Below are positions 63,212-64,000 of a stretch of DNA of 64,000 nucleotides, in pieces; position 1 is the stretch's first letter, and every line of letters begins with the position of its first letter. The notes beneath the pieces are model-generated. The model saw only the letters and a program-made list of their open reading frames with translations. It was not told the origin of the DNA and searched no databases. The stretch is from Salpingoeca rosetta (taxonomy: Eukaryota; Protista; Choanoflagellata). A program made the position numbers and the translations under genes. The stretch is taken from the NCBI GenBank assembly GCA_033442325.1, contig JAWQFM010000012.1, positions 436,122 to 500,121 on the forward strand, written 5' to 3'.

Positions 63212-64000
63212 GACGCGCTTGAGTGGGGATGCGTCGACCACCATAAGAAGGCGACGGACCATGAGCGATGTTGATGACACGCGGACGTGGTCCAGGTTGT
63301 CGTAGATGTCCGCTGGCGTGAGGTGCTCGGCCCACGTCGTGTGCGCCTGCCAGAACGAGTCGAGGGCTTCCGTGTGTGGCACGCGCGCACCAAAGGCGTG
63401 CTTGTAGTAGTGGTGTAGGACAATGTTGTTGACGGTGACCGTCATGAGGAGGTGGCGGTGCTGGTTCGCTTTGAGCAAGGCGGCCTGTTCTTCCGGTGTT
63501 CCCTCCAGCTTTGAGAGCCGCAGCAACACCTTTTCCACGTGCACGTGCAAGCTGTTGACCTTCTCTGGCAGCAAGTCGTTGAAGCTTTTGTACAGGACAA
63601 ATCCTCCGGCACTGCCGCTGCTGGCCTTGCGCAACGCCTTCTTCTTCTGAAGACGCTTCTTCCTGTGCTTTCGCCACTGTTTGATCTTTCGCAACCGGTC
63701 ATTCTTCTTCTTTTTCTTCTTGTTTGCTGTCTTGTCATCACCATCATCACCACCATCACCTTCCTCGTCTTCGTCCGGAATCCCTTCCATCACATCCGCC
63801 CCATCGTCACCACCATCACCATCCTCATCGTCGTCGTCGTCACCGTCATCGTCAACGATCTTCTGCTTGTGGATGTGGTCAAACCACTGTTCGAGCAGTG
63901 CCGGCATGGTGGAGCCAATGCTCACAAGAAACGCCTCCAAGCACCGCAGCTGTCCGCGCGTCAGCGTCAGGTGAAGCGTGTTCAACAGGAATTGCAGATG
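60524..64000 (-). CDS. Bridge-like lipid transfer protein BLTP3 (UHRF1BP1/SHIP164)-like, 3' part in one long exon; 5' end lies beyond the window
   Basis: Ordered motif resemblance to BLTP3: LLNTLHLTLTRGQLRC (LLDDLLWVLTDSQLKA), SLHVHVEKVLLRL, IVLHHYYKH...HTTWAEHL (LTIDYYPYH...WANEL), VSSTSLMVR, DFRLPPAQRFVQV (DFPIPSPNLYSQL), VTLTNT...AFPES; C-terminal coiled coil. Confidence 0.65.

Overview
Gene-dense, intron-rich eukaryotic DNA. The (GT)n/(AC)n microsatellites in most introns, poly-Q/poly-D tracts, animal-like gene set and 100-N gaps point to a choanoflagellate, most likely Salpingoeca rosetta (inference). Reading exons through GT-AG introns gives 12 protein genes, in order: a GPR157/cAMP-receptor-like 7TM protein (5' part), a ZIFL-like MFS transporter, CEP192/SPD-2, an intronless secreted 7-bladed beta-propeller, PDCD5, a P5B-ATPase (ATP13A), PNKP, WAPL, DDX21/50, neudesin (NENF), a CCDC171-like coiled-coil protein and the 3' part of BLTP3/UHRF1BP1. 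There is also one tRNA-Arg(ACG). Most ORFs in the track are microsatellite or antisense artefacts. Best candidates for something new: (i) a single uORF (MLDVFTLACPPGVS*) next to an 18-bp hairpin in an otherwise ATG-free ~1 kb leader of the putative polyamine-transporting ATPase, resembling polyamine/eIF5A-sensing uORFs; (ii) the intronless secreted propeller with a possible ring-closing disulfide; (iii) GU repeats at 5' splice sites and AC repeats replacing polypyrimidine tracts; (iv) an HDEL-tagged neudesin. All family calls come from remembered motifs, not database searches.
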